Source of the DNA: Podarcis pityusensis
Taxonomy: Eukaryota
DNA: 64,000 nt
Direction: 5' to 3' (one strand)
Assembly (NCBI GenBank): GCA_964106645.2
Contig: OZ067042.1
Position 1 is the first letter of the stretch; each line of letters opens with the position of its first letter. The notes under the pieces were generated by a model that worked only from the letters and a program-made list of their open reading frames with translations, was not told the DNA's origin and searched no databases. The position numbers were made by a program, and so were the translations under genes. Positions 35,883 through 48,668 of the stretch are shown piece after piece.

Positions 35883-37004
35883 CAGTGGATATTGAATTGG
35901 TGCAATAGCCAAGCATGCTACTTGGCATGAAGTGCATATAATGTAAAGCCCTGGCTTTACATGGCTCTGTTGATGGTGAGGATGGGTATTGGGCTTTATA
36001 TTACGTGCATAAAGGAAAATGAAAATGCAGGCCACTCTAAATTATTCATTGATCTCAGTTAACATGATGCACAATTCCTTCTCTTGGTCTTGCCAGAAGA
36101 TGTACATTTCAGTCAATATTACAAGCGTATCTCTGATTCAATAAATATTAGACAGCAACATTCATAAATATTGGCATCCATCGCAGTGAAAAACTTAACC
36201 ACGAAGAGCATAAAATTGGACCTTTTTTCAGCCATGTTGATTGCTTTGTCGTCACATGCAGCCATTAGCATCACCCACGTTATTCATTCCCTTGAGATTT
36301 TCAGCAGACTTCAGCAAAAGCCACTTGGGATGTTTCAGTTCACACATCTTGTCAATTTTTATGATACAAAGGCTGATGCTCTTTGTTAACAACTGCCTTC
36401 TAAATAAAAGTTTTGCAAAAGTTGGTGTTGCAACGCTTGGTGATAAACATGTATAAGATAAAGCAATAAATGAGTAAAATAAAACTGATTAAGCAGGAAT
36501 GTCTCCATCAGTCAGGCTGAGCATGATGTTCCTGTGAATGTCTTTAGTTGTTAATTTGAATACGAAACAAGAATGCTGAGGTTTAAGACTTGATGTTGGA
36601 TTTGCTTTAAGAGTTGTTAGTAATGTTTTGCCTGCCTTACTTTAGTTCTTTTTTACAGTGTGTTTTATTGATGCTTTCTCATATTGTATTTACATTGTGG
36701 CTGTTAGCCGTCTTGAGCACCATTTGGTGGAAAACTGGGTACAAATTTTAACACATGAAATAAATAAAATATGCCTTTTATCTGCAAGCTAAATTCAGTT
36801 CAGAGTTGAAAAGGGTTAAAGGTTAAAAATTGTTGGTGCCACCGGAGCAGGACTTCGGGGCAAAAAGTCAAATGGCCCCTCTCGGCAGAATGTGGAAGTG
36901 GGCCACCAAATGCAGTAGAGCAACCAGCTAACTACATTTTGAGAAGGATGTAGAGTAATACACATTACCATTGGGGGTGAGGGCTGCTATTAGACCATTA
37001 AGTC

Positions 37005-37143
37005 CAGTGCTTTTGTTCAGTCAGAGCTCGCTGGACGTCGGTTCCAGCACCTCTCAGGTGGGTGCCATTGCCATTCTAAGAGAACGAGGGAGGTTTCATG
37101 GTGAGTTCCGGCACCTCTTTTTCTATAAAAAAAAATAGCACTG
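37005..37143. mobile_element. hAT MITE, 139 bp
   Basis: TIRs CAGTGCTTTT / AAATAGCACTG. Perfect 8-bp TSD ATTAAGTC at 36997-37004 and 37144-37151. Confidence 0.9.
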
Positions 37144-37339
37144 ATTAAGTCTAACATTAACTAGGCATATTTGTAAGCATTACCAATGCCATTTTTTTAA
37201 TTTATTTTTTGACAATAATTGTCAAAGAAGGAATTCAAACCTACAGAAGCAAGCAACCCAGTGCATAGACATTGTCTAGTAATATAGACTGCTACATGAC
37301 AATGCAGGATTTCTAAAAGCAGACTTTACAGGTTTGCAG

Positions 37340-37343
<4 letters not shown>

Positions 37344-37385
<42 letters not shown>
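37344..37385. repeat. (TAA)n microsatellite
   Basis: Direct reading. Confidence 0.95.
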
Positions 37386-37387
<2 letters not shown>

Positions 37388-37464
37388 TCTGCTTGTTGTT
37401 AGAAGGATTCAGCCATCTCAAGGCTGGGTGAACTTTGCTATGAGTTATATATATGGAAACAAGG

Positions 37465-37615
37465 CAGCATAGGAAAATATCTTGTACTGAAGCAGACCCT
37501 TCCTCCATCTGGCTCAGTGCTGTCCACACTGCCTGGCAGGAGCTCTCCATGGTGTCAGGCTGGGGGTTAAACCTGGGACCTTCTATACAAAGCAGATGCT
37601 TTACCACTGAGCTGT
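37465..37615 (-). mobile_element. tRNA-derived SINE
   Basis: AACCTGGGACCTTCTATACAAAGCAGATGCTTTACCACTGAGCT is the reverse of a tRNA-like head. Confidence 0.7.
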
Positions 37616-39196
37616 GGAAGAGGGGGCATATGCAGAAAGGTCAGGTGAGTAGGCAAGAGGGTAAACATGGGGGTCAAAAGAGGGAGGCAGTAGGTAGCCT
37701 AGGAAAAGGCATATGGTAGAAGTGATAGCCAAATGGAGAAGGGATGGGGATGAACAGAGCAGGTGAGGCAAGATGAGCAGGAAAAGGCGGGAAGCAGGAG
37801 AAGGCTTAAGAGTGCAGGAGGACAGAAAGCGAGGCCAAGAGGAAGGAAGATGGGGCTGGCAATAGCTTGCTGACTCAGCTGTGGCTCATCTTTATAGCCA
37901 TACGGCCATATGGCAGGCATCGCTTTAATTCAAGATAAAGTATTTCCGTATCGCTTCTTTCATCTGAGCCAGAGGTTTCGATAAGCAGTCGTTGCTGTTT
38001 TGCCCTGTTGACATTAATCTGTGGATGTGTCCCTTTTATAAAGCCCAGGCAAATTCCATATCTGTAAACATATAAACAGCTATTTCCATTTGCATCAGCA
38101 GTAATCACAGTCTATGTTCCTTTTTATTTATATTGTACTCTCTTTCTGTAAACAGGTCTATTGATGTTAAAAGGAATCTATTCCACTCCTCTCCTAACAA
38201 AGTCAAGGGGGTGGGGGACCACGCATGCAGTGTTTACTTTGCCCAGAGAAATGTAATGCCGTTTCTCACTGTTTAGAGAATTCCTTGACCATTAGCAATA
38301 TCATAGGATCAACATACATTGTGTTTTAATGTACTTGATTCGGACCACTGCTTCTGTGCTCTCGTCAAATTGAGAGGTGTTTTTGTTTTGTTTTTCATCT
38401 TAATAATGCTGAATATCTGCAAACCATTGCTCCAGCCAAATCCCAAATCCTGAACTGATTCTGGTTGACCCAGGATTTGGCCAGAGTGGGTTGGGGCAGC
38501 CCCAGGTCTCCCAGATCAATCTGTGCTTGTTTAAAGGGTCGGTCAGGAGGTGAGGTGAGGAAGGAGTAGAAGGAAACACATGCACACTGCCTCCTTCTCC
38601 CTCTCCCACCTACCCACCCAATGTTCAATTGTGGTTTTAAGCCCTAATTAAAAATTCTGCAAGGCCCCAATCCATTTCGGGCCCTGGATCAAGGTCAGGA
38701 ACAGATTAGGGCCACTCAAAAGGGCCAAATGAGGCCCTGAATCAGATTAGGGGCATTCACAGCCATAATGCAAACCTGCACAGTGATAACATGGCTTGTG
38801 GGCAGAGGCTTAGGCATGCTTTGTCCAGAGAGGCCTACCTGGATGCATTCTTTATCATCTTTTGGAGCCAGCTGAAAACCTTTTTATTTACCCAGACTTG
38901 CAAATTGTACTTAAATCCAGACTCTTAACTTGAATCAGTCGCTCTCAGTTGTAAGGAGGTTTTGCTACCTCTTATTGTTGTGGTTGCTTTTAATTGCTAT
39001 ATCTTGTCTTTTTAACATTGTTTTGTTACAAGTCAAACAAGGCATATTTTTGGTGGGTAGCTATATTAAATCATGATGGTGTTGTAGTACTAGCTGTCGT
39101 AAGAAATCTCTTAATTGGAGTCAGAGCCTATATAAGACATGGTGATTCAATCTTTCCAAGTTTAAATCTGTTTATTTATCGATCTAGTCATGCATC

Positions 39197-39320
39197 CATT
39201 TATTTACATTTATATCCCACCTTTGTTCCAACCTGAAACCCAAGGCAGCGTCAATTGATTTTCCCAGGGGGACTCCCATCCAGAATCTTTTTGCACCCAG
39301 ACCTGCTTAACTCTAGCAGT
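39197..39320 (-). mobile_element. 5S rRNA-derived SINE-like fragment with L2-type tail
   Basis: - strand GTTAAGCAGGTCTGGGTGCAAAAAGATTCTGGATGGGAGTCCCCCTGGGAA resembles the 5S internal control region (GCTAAGCAGGG...TGGATGGGAGACCGCCTGGGAA), followed by AAAGGTGGGATATAAATGTAAATAAAT. Confidence 0.6.
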
Positions 39321-39367
39321 CATGGGTGTTGTATCATGCAGCTTCAGACTATGCCGAAATTGGTGAG

Positions 39368-39555
39368 CATAGAAGGCAACTCCCAGGAGCTGAGGTCCCT
39401 TCGTCCCCACCCCATAAAATATTTGAAGTGGCCACTCTCCCCAAAAGTTGAAGGGAATTCCCATTCAAATGGTATGCCATGTCTTTTGATCGAATATGCG
39501 GGGTGGGACTTACCTCCCCCCCCCCCCCAATATTTTATTCAAGTTGGCACCCATG
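39368..39555. mobile_element. Old hAT-type MITE
   Basis: Ends CATAGAAGGCAACT / AGTTGGCACCCATG. Flanks TTGGTGAG / TTGGCAGG match at 5 of 8. Confidence 0.45.
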
Positions 39556-40079
39556 TTGGCAGGTGCAGGTGAGGCATACCAAACCAACTTGGCTTGGCAG
39601 GTGCCATACTGGGGGAAATACTTTTCCCAGAGCAGTTGGCTCACGTGTGCGGCAGCATGCCATGTGCAAGAGAGGAGAATGAAAGACCTCCTTCGATTCC
39701 CCCATGAGATCCAGCAAGGAAGGTAAATTTACGAGTGAGTGGAAATGGCTTTGGAACCAGAAAAAGCAGGCTTCGGTACTTTGTATTTTCTTTGAGACAA
39801 GTATTGTGTGCTGCTAAGATTCGTATTGACGCTGTTCCAAACTCGGCAACGTCAGTAGTGCAAATGTATTTTAGGCAGATGGCCTTCATGAATTTTATAG
39901 AGGTTTCAGTTCCTTTTCCCTTCTCATGTCATAAAGCATTTTACCATAGAATGAAAGAGCACTAAACATGTTTGTTGTGATAGGTGTCAATTATTATTAA
40001 AACGAAGGGACTGTTTCTTCCAATTAACACACGTCTTTCCTTGAGGTATGAGTTACTCATATGTCATGCAATATAATGA

Positions 40080-40280
<201 letters not shown>

Positions 40281-40401
40281 GATTTTTCATCATTTGTTTG
40301 TTTGTTTCCTGTCCCACCCCCATGCCATCTTATTTCTATGACGAATTATAGAATATACTAAAGCTTGATATACTTGACCTACTTGACCTCTGTTTTAAGG
40401 A

Positions 40402-40407
40402 AATAAA
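40402..40407 (+). terminator. Candidate RNLS polyadenylation signal
   Basis: First AATAAA after the stop codon, ~120 nt downstream. Confidence 0.6.
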
Positions 40408-43130
40408 TCATGAGAAGTCTTCAGACGTTTCACAGATTTATTGCAATAGTTGGAAATGTTGCTTATTTATTTGCTCTGCCTTGAAGACACTCACTGTGAT
40501 AACTTTTCTGGCTTCACAGAGTGTCAGACATACATCAAAATGGTTGTATGCCTTCTGTCTTCACCCACATTCCCCAGCTCTGGGCAAAATATTTCCACCA
40601 GTTTTAGATGGGTAAGGGGAGGAAACCGTAGACTACCTCCTTAATTATTATAGGGACCAACCACCAAAGAACAGCAAGCCAGTGTGGTAAATGGGTAGTT
40701 GTGTGAGTCTAACTGGGATCAGTCATCTGTATTCACCAGTTTTAGCATCTTATGAAGTCACATGATGCAACCACCATGCTGGATGCAGTGAGGGCCTAGA
40801 TGGGAGGCCACCTGGAAAACCAGTGGACACTAGATTGAGTTCCACAATGGAACAAAGTTGGGATATACAAGCCATGGTGGTATGGCTTTCCTGCCCATGT
40901 TCACATGCTAAAACGGTTCACACGCTAAAACGGTCTTGCAAAATGTTCAAGTTGCCAAATCCTGGGGAAGCCAATATCATGACACAGCTTCTATTTCAAA
41001 ACATGCTTTGGATGTTTCTCTGTTGCACAGAAATGACACGAACCAGTTCTCTACGCAGTGATGTCAATGCAAAATGGGAAGGTGGTGTGGTGACAGAACA
41101 GGAAGTGCAGGGGAACTGATGAAACCTTTTCCTGTGCAGCAAGGTAGCACCCAAAGTCTCTCATAGCACCTCATGGCCTTGCACTTTTTTACAGAACCGT
41201 TTTACCATGTGAATGCAAAGGAATGTCACCTCATGGTGATTATTCCACCTTTTAAAATGGTCACCCAAAATCACTATTGCCAAACAAAGGCCTTCTGAGA
41301 GAATTGTGGAATTGCATGGTTTCACTGAAGAGCATATATCGAATATTTTGTGGCTTGAGTTTTCCTTGCAAACTTCACTAATTATTTCCCTCAACATTTT
41401 GCTTGCTGGAATATAGTTTGAGAATCACTGAACGAGATAATAATGTGTCCTAAAACAATTAACAGTTTGTGATTTTTTAAAAGCCATTACCCTGACTTAT
41501 TTACCACAGTTCTTTGTCGTATACAGGCAGTGGCTTTGTGTGCACAGTATCTAAGGAATCTACTAGAATGGCAGAGCTATTCAGGCGGCAATTCTATACC
41601 CATTTACCTGGGAGTGAGTCCATTAAACTTAGTGGGACTTACTCAATCATAGACATGTAGAGGAGAGCACTGTTACCCCATTTCCTCTTTGATAGTGAAT
41701 GAAAATGCTTTGCTTTTTCTTATCCTGTATGTTGTCTGGCCAACAAACAATCTGACCGTGCACAATAAGGAAAGAATTAAGAGGATTTGAAAGAAACTTA
41801 AGTCGATTTATGTTTCTTCCAGCAATCACATTTTACTCAAATTGTTATCTTGAAGTGTCCGCTAACATATACTCGCTTGCATTTGGGCTGCTGCAACTTT
41901 CAGTGTAACAGACAAAAACAAAACCGGGAGACAATTGCAATAGCTCAGTTGTTTGCTAGATGAGTCTGTGATTCTTAAACTGTTGCACAGTCCACAGCAA
42001 CTTGGAGGTTGCCTCTAAGATAACAATGGAAATAGAGGGAAATGCTGAAAAGCCAGCAGGTTATTTGAAATATGGTAGCTACCTGTATGGTGAAAAAAAA
42101 ATTAGTTTTGTTGCTGATGGTGTTGAAAATGTGAAGTTGAAAAGCAGCTTGACTCTTCAGCAGCACAAGTGGCTACAACAGAAACATCAATAAAACTTCA
42201 GGCCATGTGCCTGGTTCTCCTCGGTAATCTGACTGGTGAGGTAGGGTAGGAAGAACCCAGTTCTTTGCGTCCAGTGCGTTGTGAGGAAAAAATGGCAGCC
42301 ATGATAGCCACCTCTTCCACACTCTGTGGGTTCAGAAGGGAGGTGAAGGATTCCCACTGTGACTGACACATAACACACAAACTTGACAACAAACCTTGAA
42401 AAAATTGTCCCCCAAATTTATCACTAGTGAACAGAAATTCAAAATTTGGAGACCATTTGAGTTTGGCCCTATTAAGCACTTCTATGGCCCTTCCCAGAAA
42501 CACTTATGAGTGTATATTTGTCTTTTATTGAGAACCTGTCAGCCCATTTCCTAAAAAAACAAAAAACTTTAGGAAATTGACAGAAGCTAATCATTTTTAT
42601 TTTTATTTTTAAGCATATGTGTGTTCAGCTGGGAAATGGGGTTAGTAGCTGTGTGATATAATGCATGTTGGCTAGTAAGCACAGCCTTTGCTGAAATAAA
42701 ACTTTACGATGCTGTGTTGGAAAAGCTTAATTAACAAACTGTCAGCCCACATGTCCTGTTCAGGAGCTGAGGATGACAAATGATCACAAGTGAGCAGTAA
42801 TTTTTTTCCACCTTGAATGTTTTCTGCAAGCAGGAAATTACCTTGCCAAAAAAGAAGGGGGGGGTTGTAGAGAAGCTATTTTAACATTGTTAAAATCATT
42901 TGAAAAATAAATGTGTTGTTGAGACCAGCATTGACATTTTGATCTGAGAATTTGGGGGCGGGGGGTCGTCCTCACAGTGAAAGGAAAATTAATCTACGCA
43001 TCTGCATTTACATGAAGATATTACATGTGGAGTGGAGCTGTTAGAGAACAGCACATCACTCGAATTTTGAGAGGTCTGTGTTGGCTGCCAGTGACCTATC
43101 AGGTCCCCTTTCAGGCATTGGTACTAGTGT

Positions 43131-43467
43131 AAAGGTAAAGAGACCCCTGACCATTAGGTCCAGTCGTGGCCGACTCTGGGGTTGCGGCACTCATCTTGCT
43201 TTATTGGCTGAGGGAGCCGGCGTACAGCTTCCGGGTCATGTGGCCAGCATGACTAAGCCGCTTCTGGCGAACCAGAGCAGCGCATGGAAACGCCGTTTAC
43301 CTTCCCGCCGGAGCGGTACCTATTTATTTACTTGCACTTTGACGTGCTTTCGAACTGCTAGGTTGGCAGGAGCAGGGACCGAGCAACGGTCATGGGGATT
43401 TGAACCGCCAACCTTCTGATCAGCAAGTCCTAGGCTCTGGTTTAACCCACAGCGCCACCCGTGTCCC
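43131..43467 (-). mobile_element. Sauria SINE with a small internal deletion
   Basis: TSD TTGGTACTAGTGT(A) at 43118 and 43468. Lacks the GAGCTCACCCC segment seen in other copies. Confidence 0.93.
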
Positions 43468-43489
43468 TTGGTACTAGTGTACAAAGCCC

Positions 43490-43830
43490 TAAATTTCTTG
43501 GAACCCAAGGAGAGCCTTCCTCCATATGCCCAGATTTAGGGAAGGCGGACTTCTCTCAGTGCCACCTCTGTGGGTGGCAAGGAGGACAGGAATGCAGCAG
43601 AGACCTTTCACTGTGGGAGCATCCCCTCCTCTGGAATTCCTTTCCATGGGAAGTAAGACTGTCCTCTTCCCTGTCTACGTTCAACAGAAATTTGAAGACA
43701 TTTTTATTTGTCCAAGACTTTGTAAGGAAATAGGTATTGTTAAACTATGGGTTAAACATGACTGTCATGTTAATTTATGGACTTCGGATATTGTTTTGTT
43801 TGATTTTATGTTGTTGACATAAAATTTTTA
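43490..43830 (+). mobile_element. L2 3' fragment, decayed
   Basis: Encodes LLWNSFPWEVRLSSSLSTFNRNLKTFLF, typical of the L2 ORF2 end. Confidence 0.65.
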
Positions 43831-45474
43831 TGCTGGAGCTTTTTTGTGATCTAGCAGAGTTCTCCTTAGACTCTTCTTCTTAAGGAAGCCTGCTCCCATT
43901 TAGATAGCCCTGTCTTAGTTTCTGTTCCTTGGTCACACTAGAATGTGACATAAGGTTCAGAGAATAAGACAAAAAGTTTGAAGCTGGATTTGATGTATAT
44001 AAAAATCTGCATTGAAGAAGACCAAGATTCATCTGTGCCTCATTTCCAGAATCTTCTACTGATATTTAAGCACCTGTTCAAATATTAAAGATATATTCCT
44101 TAAAGGTTGCAAGTTGCTCTCTGACCTGATGAAGGCTGTGTAGTTTCAGATTATAGATAGGTAGGATATACTTCTACAGATAAGGTGCATATTATTATTA
44201 TTTTAAGGAAAGATCTTTTGGTTTTGTAATTTTGTGTTTTGTTTTATTTGCATGTATTTAGGTTATGGTTTGTATGTTTAGTTCTGTTTGTATATTTGAG
44301 CTATGAAACTTCAAAGAATTTGGGTTTGGGAGGGTTAAAAAAGAGATTACCCCAAAAAAATCAGGGTGGTAGAAGGAAAAATATGGTTCTTGGTGTGGTA
44401 CACATTTAAGATCAAAGCAGAGGAATAGAATTTCCACAGATTCAGAAACTTGTGGTCTTAACTCACATCCTAGCATAGATTCACTTCCAAGATATTTGTG
44501 GAAGATCAAATTCACTGGTGTCATCAGTCATGACTTCAGAGCAGAAGTCCAGGGCCCCACTCAGCCGAATGAGCTAGAGGTTCTGAAAAACAGCAAGGCT
44601 GGCTTAATACATTTTAAAGTGAGTGAAATAATACTCAGAACCATCTAAAAAGCCACCCAGGTAAGACTATGAAATCCAGTGTCTAAAATCACCTCTGCTC
44701 CTATTATTTGTTAACTTTCATATTATTTATTTACTCTTAATTGTTGAAAATATAGGTGGATTTACCATCTCTACACTGTGACATAGAAGTTTCATCTAGC
44801 TATTAGAGAAAAAAAGTAAACTAAGTCAAACTTAAGCTGCGGATGTTTGTTATTCTGCAAATGAACAAGGAAAGCTGTAATGTATGGACTGTAGGCTTCT
44901 TTTCTGCTAAGGCCATTCGCAATGTATTTTGGAGGGATGCAAAAGCTCATATTCGCTATTATAGAGGGGTGTTTATCAGTTGTGCATCAGAGCTGCATCA
45001 ACTTGTCATCATAAATCTGCCCAACTTTCAAAAATGTTCAGAGAAACCAACTGGGAAAGATGAGAAATGTCAGAGAGGGTAAAAATAGAAGACGAAGAAA
45101 GATGAAAGATAGTTGGTTTTTAGGTCCTAAACAAGGCTTTGTGAGGGGAGATGAAAACCAACATAGGCCTCACAATGGATTTGGCCACTGAAAATCTTGT
45201 TCCCTAAAGTCTTGTTGAAGAGAGATCTTCTCTTACTGCTTTTCTTTTTCTCTTAAAAAAAGGGCAAGCAAGAAAGACACTTGAAGCACACAATATGTAC
45301 ACAGTGACTTAGTAGCTTCATCCAGGTTGAGGGTGCATGTCATGTTTGTCTAGTCTACATATGTGGTGTCTTAAGCAGGCCTGTGAATTCCACTCCAGCC
45401 TTGAAACTTGAGACATTTCACAGCATCTCAAATGTGTTACATGTGGTATTTTACACCACCAGCATCACTGAATA

Positions 45475-45690
45475 GAGCCACTGGGGTGTCATGGCTAGAC
45501 TGCTGGGGTTCAAAGCCCTAATCAGCCATAAAGTCTGCTGTGTGACCTTGGACCAGCCACTCTCAACCTCACCTAACCTCACAGGGTGGTCGTGAGGATA
45601 GAATGGAGAGGGAGAGAAGAAGTATGTAAAACCACCTTGAGCTCCTTGTATCAAAGGTAGAATATAAATGTAGTAATAATAATATAAATG
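45475..45690 (+). mobile_element. CORE/MIR-like SINE
   Basis: GGGTTCAAAGCCC B-box, GTGACCTTGGACCAG...CCTAACCTCACAGGGTGGTCGTGAGGAT core, same tail as 10319-10527. Confidence 0.75.
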
Positions 45691-46096
45691 TTTTAAGTGG
45701 GTTTCTACTATAAAAAAGAAGCTAAAAAAATAAAGCTTAGGGTTCCATCAAGCTTACAGTCTCTATCTGTGGTTTAATTATGTGTTTAAAAGCAGTGCTC
45801 ATCCACACTGTCTTCTTCTGTTCACTGCCTTACCTCTCCTTACTAGGTACAACTTCCTGGTATGTCCTCTCCATTTAAACTAATAAATTATTCCAAATTG
45901 CCTGCAACAGACTATAGTCTTTTGCAGGCAACTTGGGGTATATATAGCACTGGTTCACATATATGTATACCCCCAGTTCAGTATATTGCATCATCATAAC
46001 AGAAGTACTATACACCAAATATGGAATCTCCTTAACACCTTGCATAGACTCAAAAGCAATGTTTTTTCAAAGAAGCCAAGTCACACACTCAGCTGC

Positions 46097-46139
<43 letters not shown>

Positions 46140-46235
46140 TTTATTTATATCCCACCCTCCCCAGCCGAAGCCGGGCTCAGATGGCTAACAACACTAAAAT
46201 AGTGCAACATTATAAAAACATTATAAAAATTAATT
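46097..46235 (-). mobile_element. L2-type 3' terminus with (ATT)n tail
   Basis: (AAT)~14 followed by TTTATTTATATCCCACCCTCCCCAGCCGAAGCCGGGCTCAGATGGCTAACA. Confidence 0.6.
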
Positions 46236-48582
46236 ATGGTGGAAGCGAATTAAAACATATCTGTGTGGTGGTTGCTCCAGTCAAGGATGTGAGGATAGAA
46301 TTGACACACTGAGCCATTTCACTACTCTTACTGAAATCCTTTTGGTTTCCCTTGAAATTATTCTAATGTTTCACCTAAGGAGGGCCACCCCATTTTTTCT
46401 TCTGCTTTAGGTGAAATTTCAGGGACAATACCTTTCTTAAACATTAGCTCAACCTCGGTTAGCAGAAGCACACAGATTTTGTAACAGTTGTTCCTAAAAT
46501 TGCAGGTGGTTATAAACTGGCAAGTTCCTGTTTGAAAAATGCAGAACTAGAAGGCTGATGCGGCACAGCTCTGTGGCATTAGGTCTTGCTCGTCGCATCG
46601 TAGAACTGCATGCTCCCTCCCACCCACCAGATTTAACTTCACAAACCAGAAGTGAAATAATGAAGAGTGAGGCTCAAACGCCTATCATTAAGGCACAGTT
46701 ATGAGTGGGCTAGACAACAGTGATTGTGTCTGGCGGATCAGATGATCTGTTTGAGAGAGAATAAGGGATCTTCTTCCTGAGCCTGTTTACTCTTGAGCTG
46801 GCGAGCAGACATTCAGGAGAAATCGGGGGGATGTGATTTCCTCCCCACCCCCCTTTCTAATCCTGGTTCTGATGTGCAGTTGGTAAGCTGCTTTGCTAAA
46901 ATCCAGAGACATTGATGATGTCACCTTTGGCCACTGCCCCAGGCATTGTATTAGTTGGATAATAGCGGTTTGTTATGGGTTGCACTTTCAGTCAAATCAA
47001 TCTGTATCCAGAATGGTACCAGTATACTATTTGGGAAAGTAGCTGATATTAAACTGGTTGATAAAGCAGCCCTACATCACACTGCCCAGTGTCAGCTTTG
47101 GAATAGTTATATAGTCCCTGAGCCAGCGAGGTTGGTTGATGACCACACAGGGAGATAAATGCTTATTATAATTTTAGTCTGGACCACTAGAGATTGAAAA
47201 TTGGTGCTAGAAATGCATAATTCTTTGCTGTTGTTAGAAATTGATAGGGAGGCCCTGCAGTGCAGCTTCAGAAATCTAGCCACAGGTAAGCTCAGATGAA
47301 TGGTTGACAACACAGAGAAGTCAAGTGTTATGATCTGCTATCACCTGTTTCCTATCCCTCCTGAGTTCTTGACTATTTTCCTGATGCAGCCGTTGCAATT
47401 CTGCATGCCTATGAACACACTGTTTCAGTATGACTCACACACACAAACACGCTCGCCTAGGTGGTACCAAAGGTACTAATGGTCAAATTTGACATCTTGG
47501 CTCCTTGACAATATGTGTGAGTCTTTCTGAAATGGTATACATGAAGGTCTCACTATCGAAAACAATGCATTCACAGGATATTGTTAGGCAAGCATTTGCA
47601 TGACGAGGCAACATTTTCCATTGATCTCTATGGGGAAATTTCTAATGCGTTCCTGACCACAGAATTTTGACTCTGGAAAGGGGGTGGGGACAAGAAAACC
47701 CTGTGAAACCTTGCAAAAGGCAAATGTGGAAATGAAAAATTCTCTAATATGACCATTCCCTCCCCCTTCCTACCTCCTCCCTCTTTCTCTCCATGGTTTC
47801 TGGCAAAACGGCTATCACGGACCAACAAAACACAAAAAGTAAGGCTTGTTTAAGGTTGCTTATTTGTGTACAGTACTGCACACAGGTCCAGTTGTTTGGA
47901 TATCTGAATCTTCAGTGTGTATAGTGAGGTTTGGGTCCTAATTCCTCAAGTTTGGATAAGTGAGATTTGGGTAGCAGGACATGCAAGAACAAGCAGGCTT
48001 GCAGCCACTATGTAAAAAAAAAATAGGCAAGGGCTCTAAAGAAAAGGTTATCTGCTGAGTAAGGCTGGTGCTATCCATCTCATGCCAGAGTAAAGCCTGC
48101 AAAAAAATTAAACATTCCCGACATTATATTTTGAGCTCCCTGCTGTGTTCGCCATCTACAAACATCTTATTGGGGGAGAGGAGATAACTGTCCCGTTTGA
48201 TAAGCCATTCAGGGTTATCATTAAATTACAAGTGGAACGACGAGAGTGCATATAATCATAAAAGAAAATTGAACTGCATTAAAACGACCCATCCAACCAC
48301 CCCCACCCAGCCTTCAGTCTGGGAGGATTAGTGCTAAAAGCCATTTCTGCAATCACAGACGATATCTTAACCCTTTGTACACTACGTGCATCCCACACAT
48401 TTTAAACATCCTCCTGTTCTTGTCAGTGATTCACAGAATACACCAGAGAAATAGTGTGTAGTCCTCACATGGCATCTTAAATTGCCATTTTAGATTTATT
48501 TACTGGTTTATAAGGTTATTTTTGTTTTACAAGCGGTGCACAAAGTATCTCTGTAGCTTATGACGTTTTAATTGTGGCTTTA

Positions 48583-48584
<2 letters not shown>

Positions 48585-48619
<35 letters not shown>

Positions 48620-48668
48620 ACTTGTGCATGTGTGTGTGTGTGTGTGTGTACACACACACACACACACA
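48585..48668. repeat. Compound (TG)n...(TG)nTA(CA)n microsatellite
   Basis: Direct reading. Confidence 0.95.

Noticed and set aside
37570-37615. tRNA gene candidates (also ~3790-3850, ~10320-10380)
   Set aside because: Degenerate tRNA-like heads attached to SINE bodies. No complete cloverleaf.
39255-39320. 5S rRNA gene
   Set aside because: Only a diverged ~55-nt piece joined to a LINE-like tail, so SINE-derived rather than a functional rRNA gene.
44440-44660. Possible alternative downstream RNLS exon (TTCCACAG|...CAG|GTAAGA)
   Set aside because: Weak pyrimidine tract, stop after 12 codons in the RNLS frame, and no similarity to the recalled human alternative C-terminus. Unsupported without RNA data.
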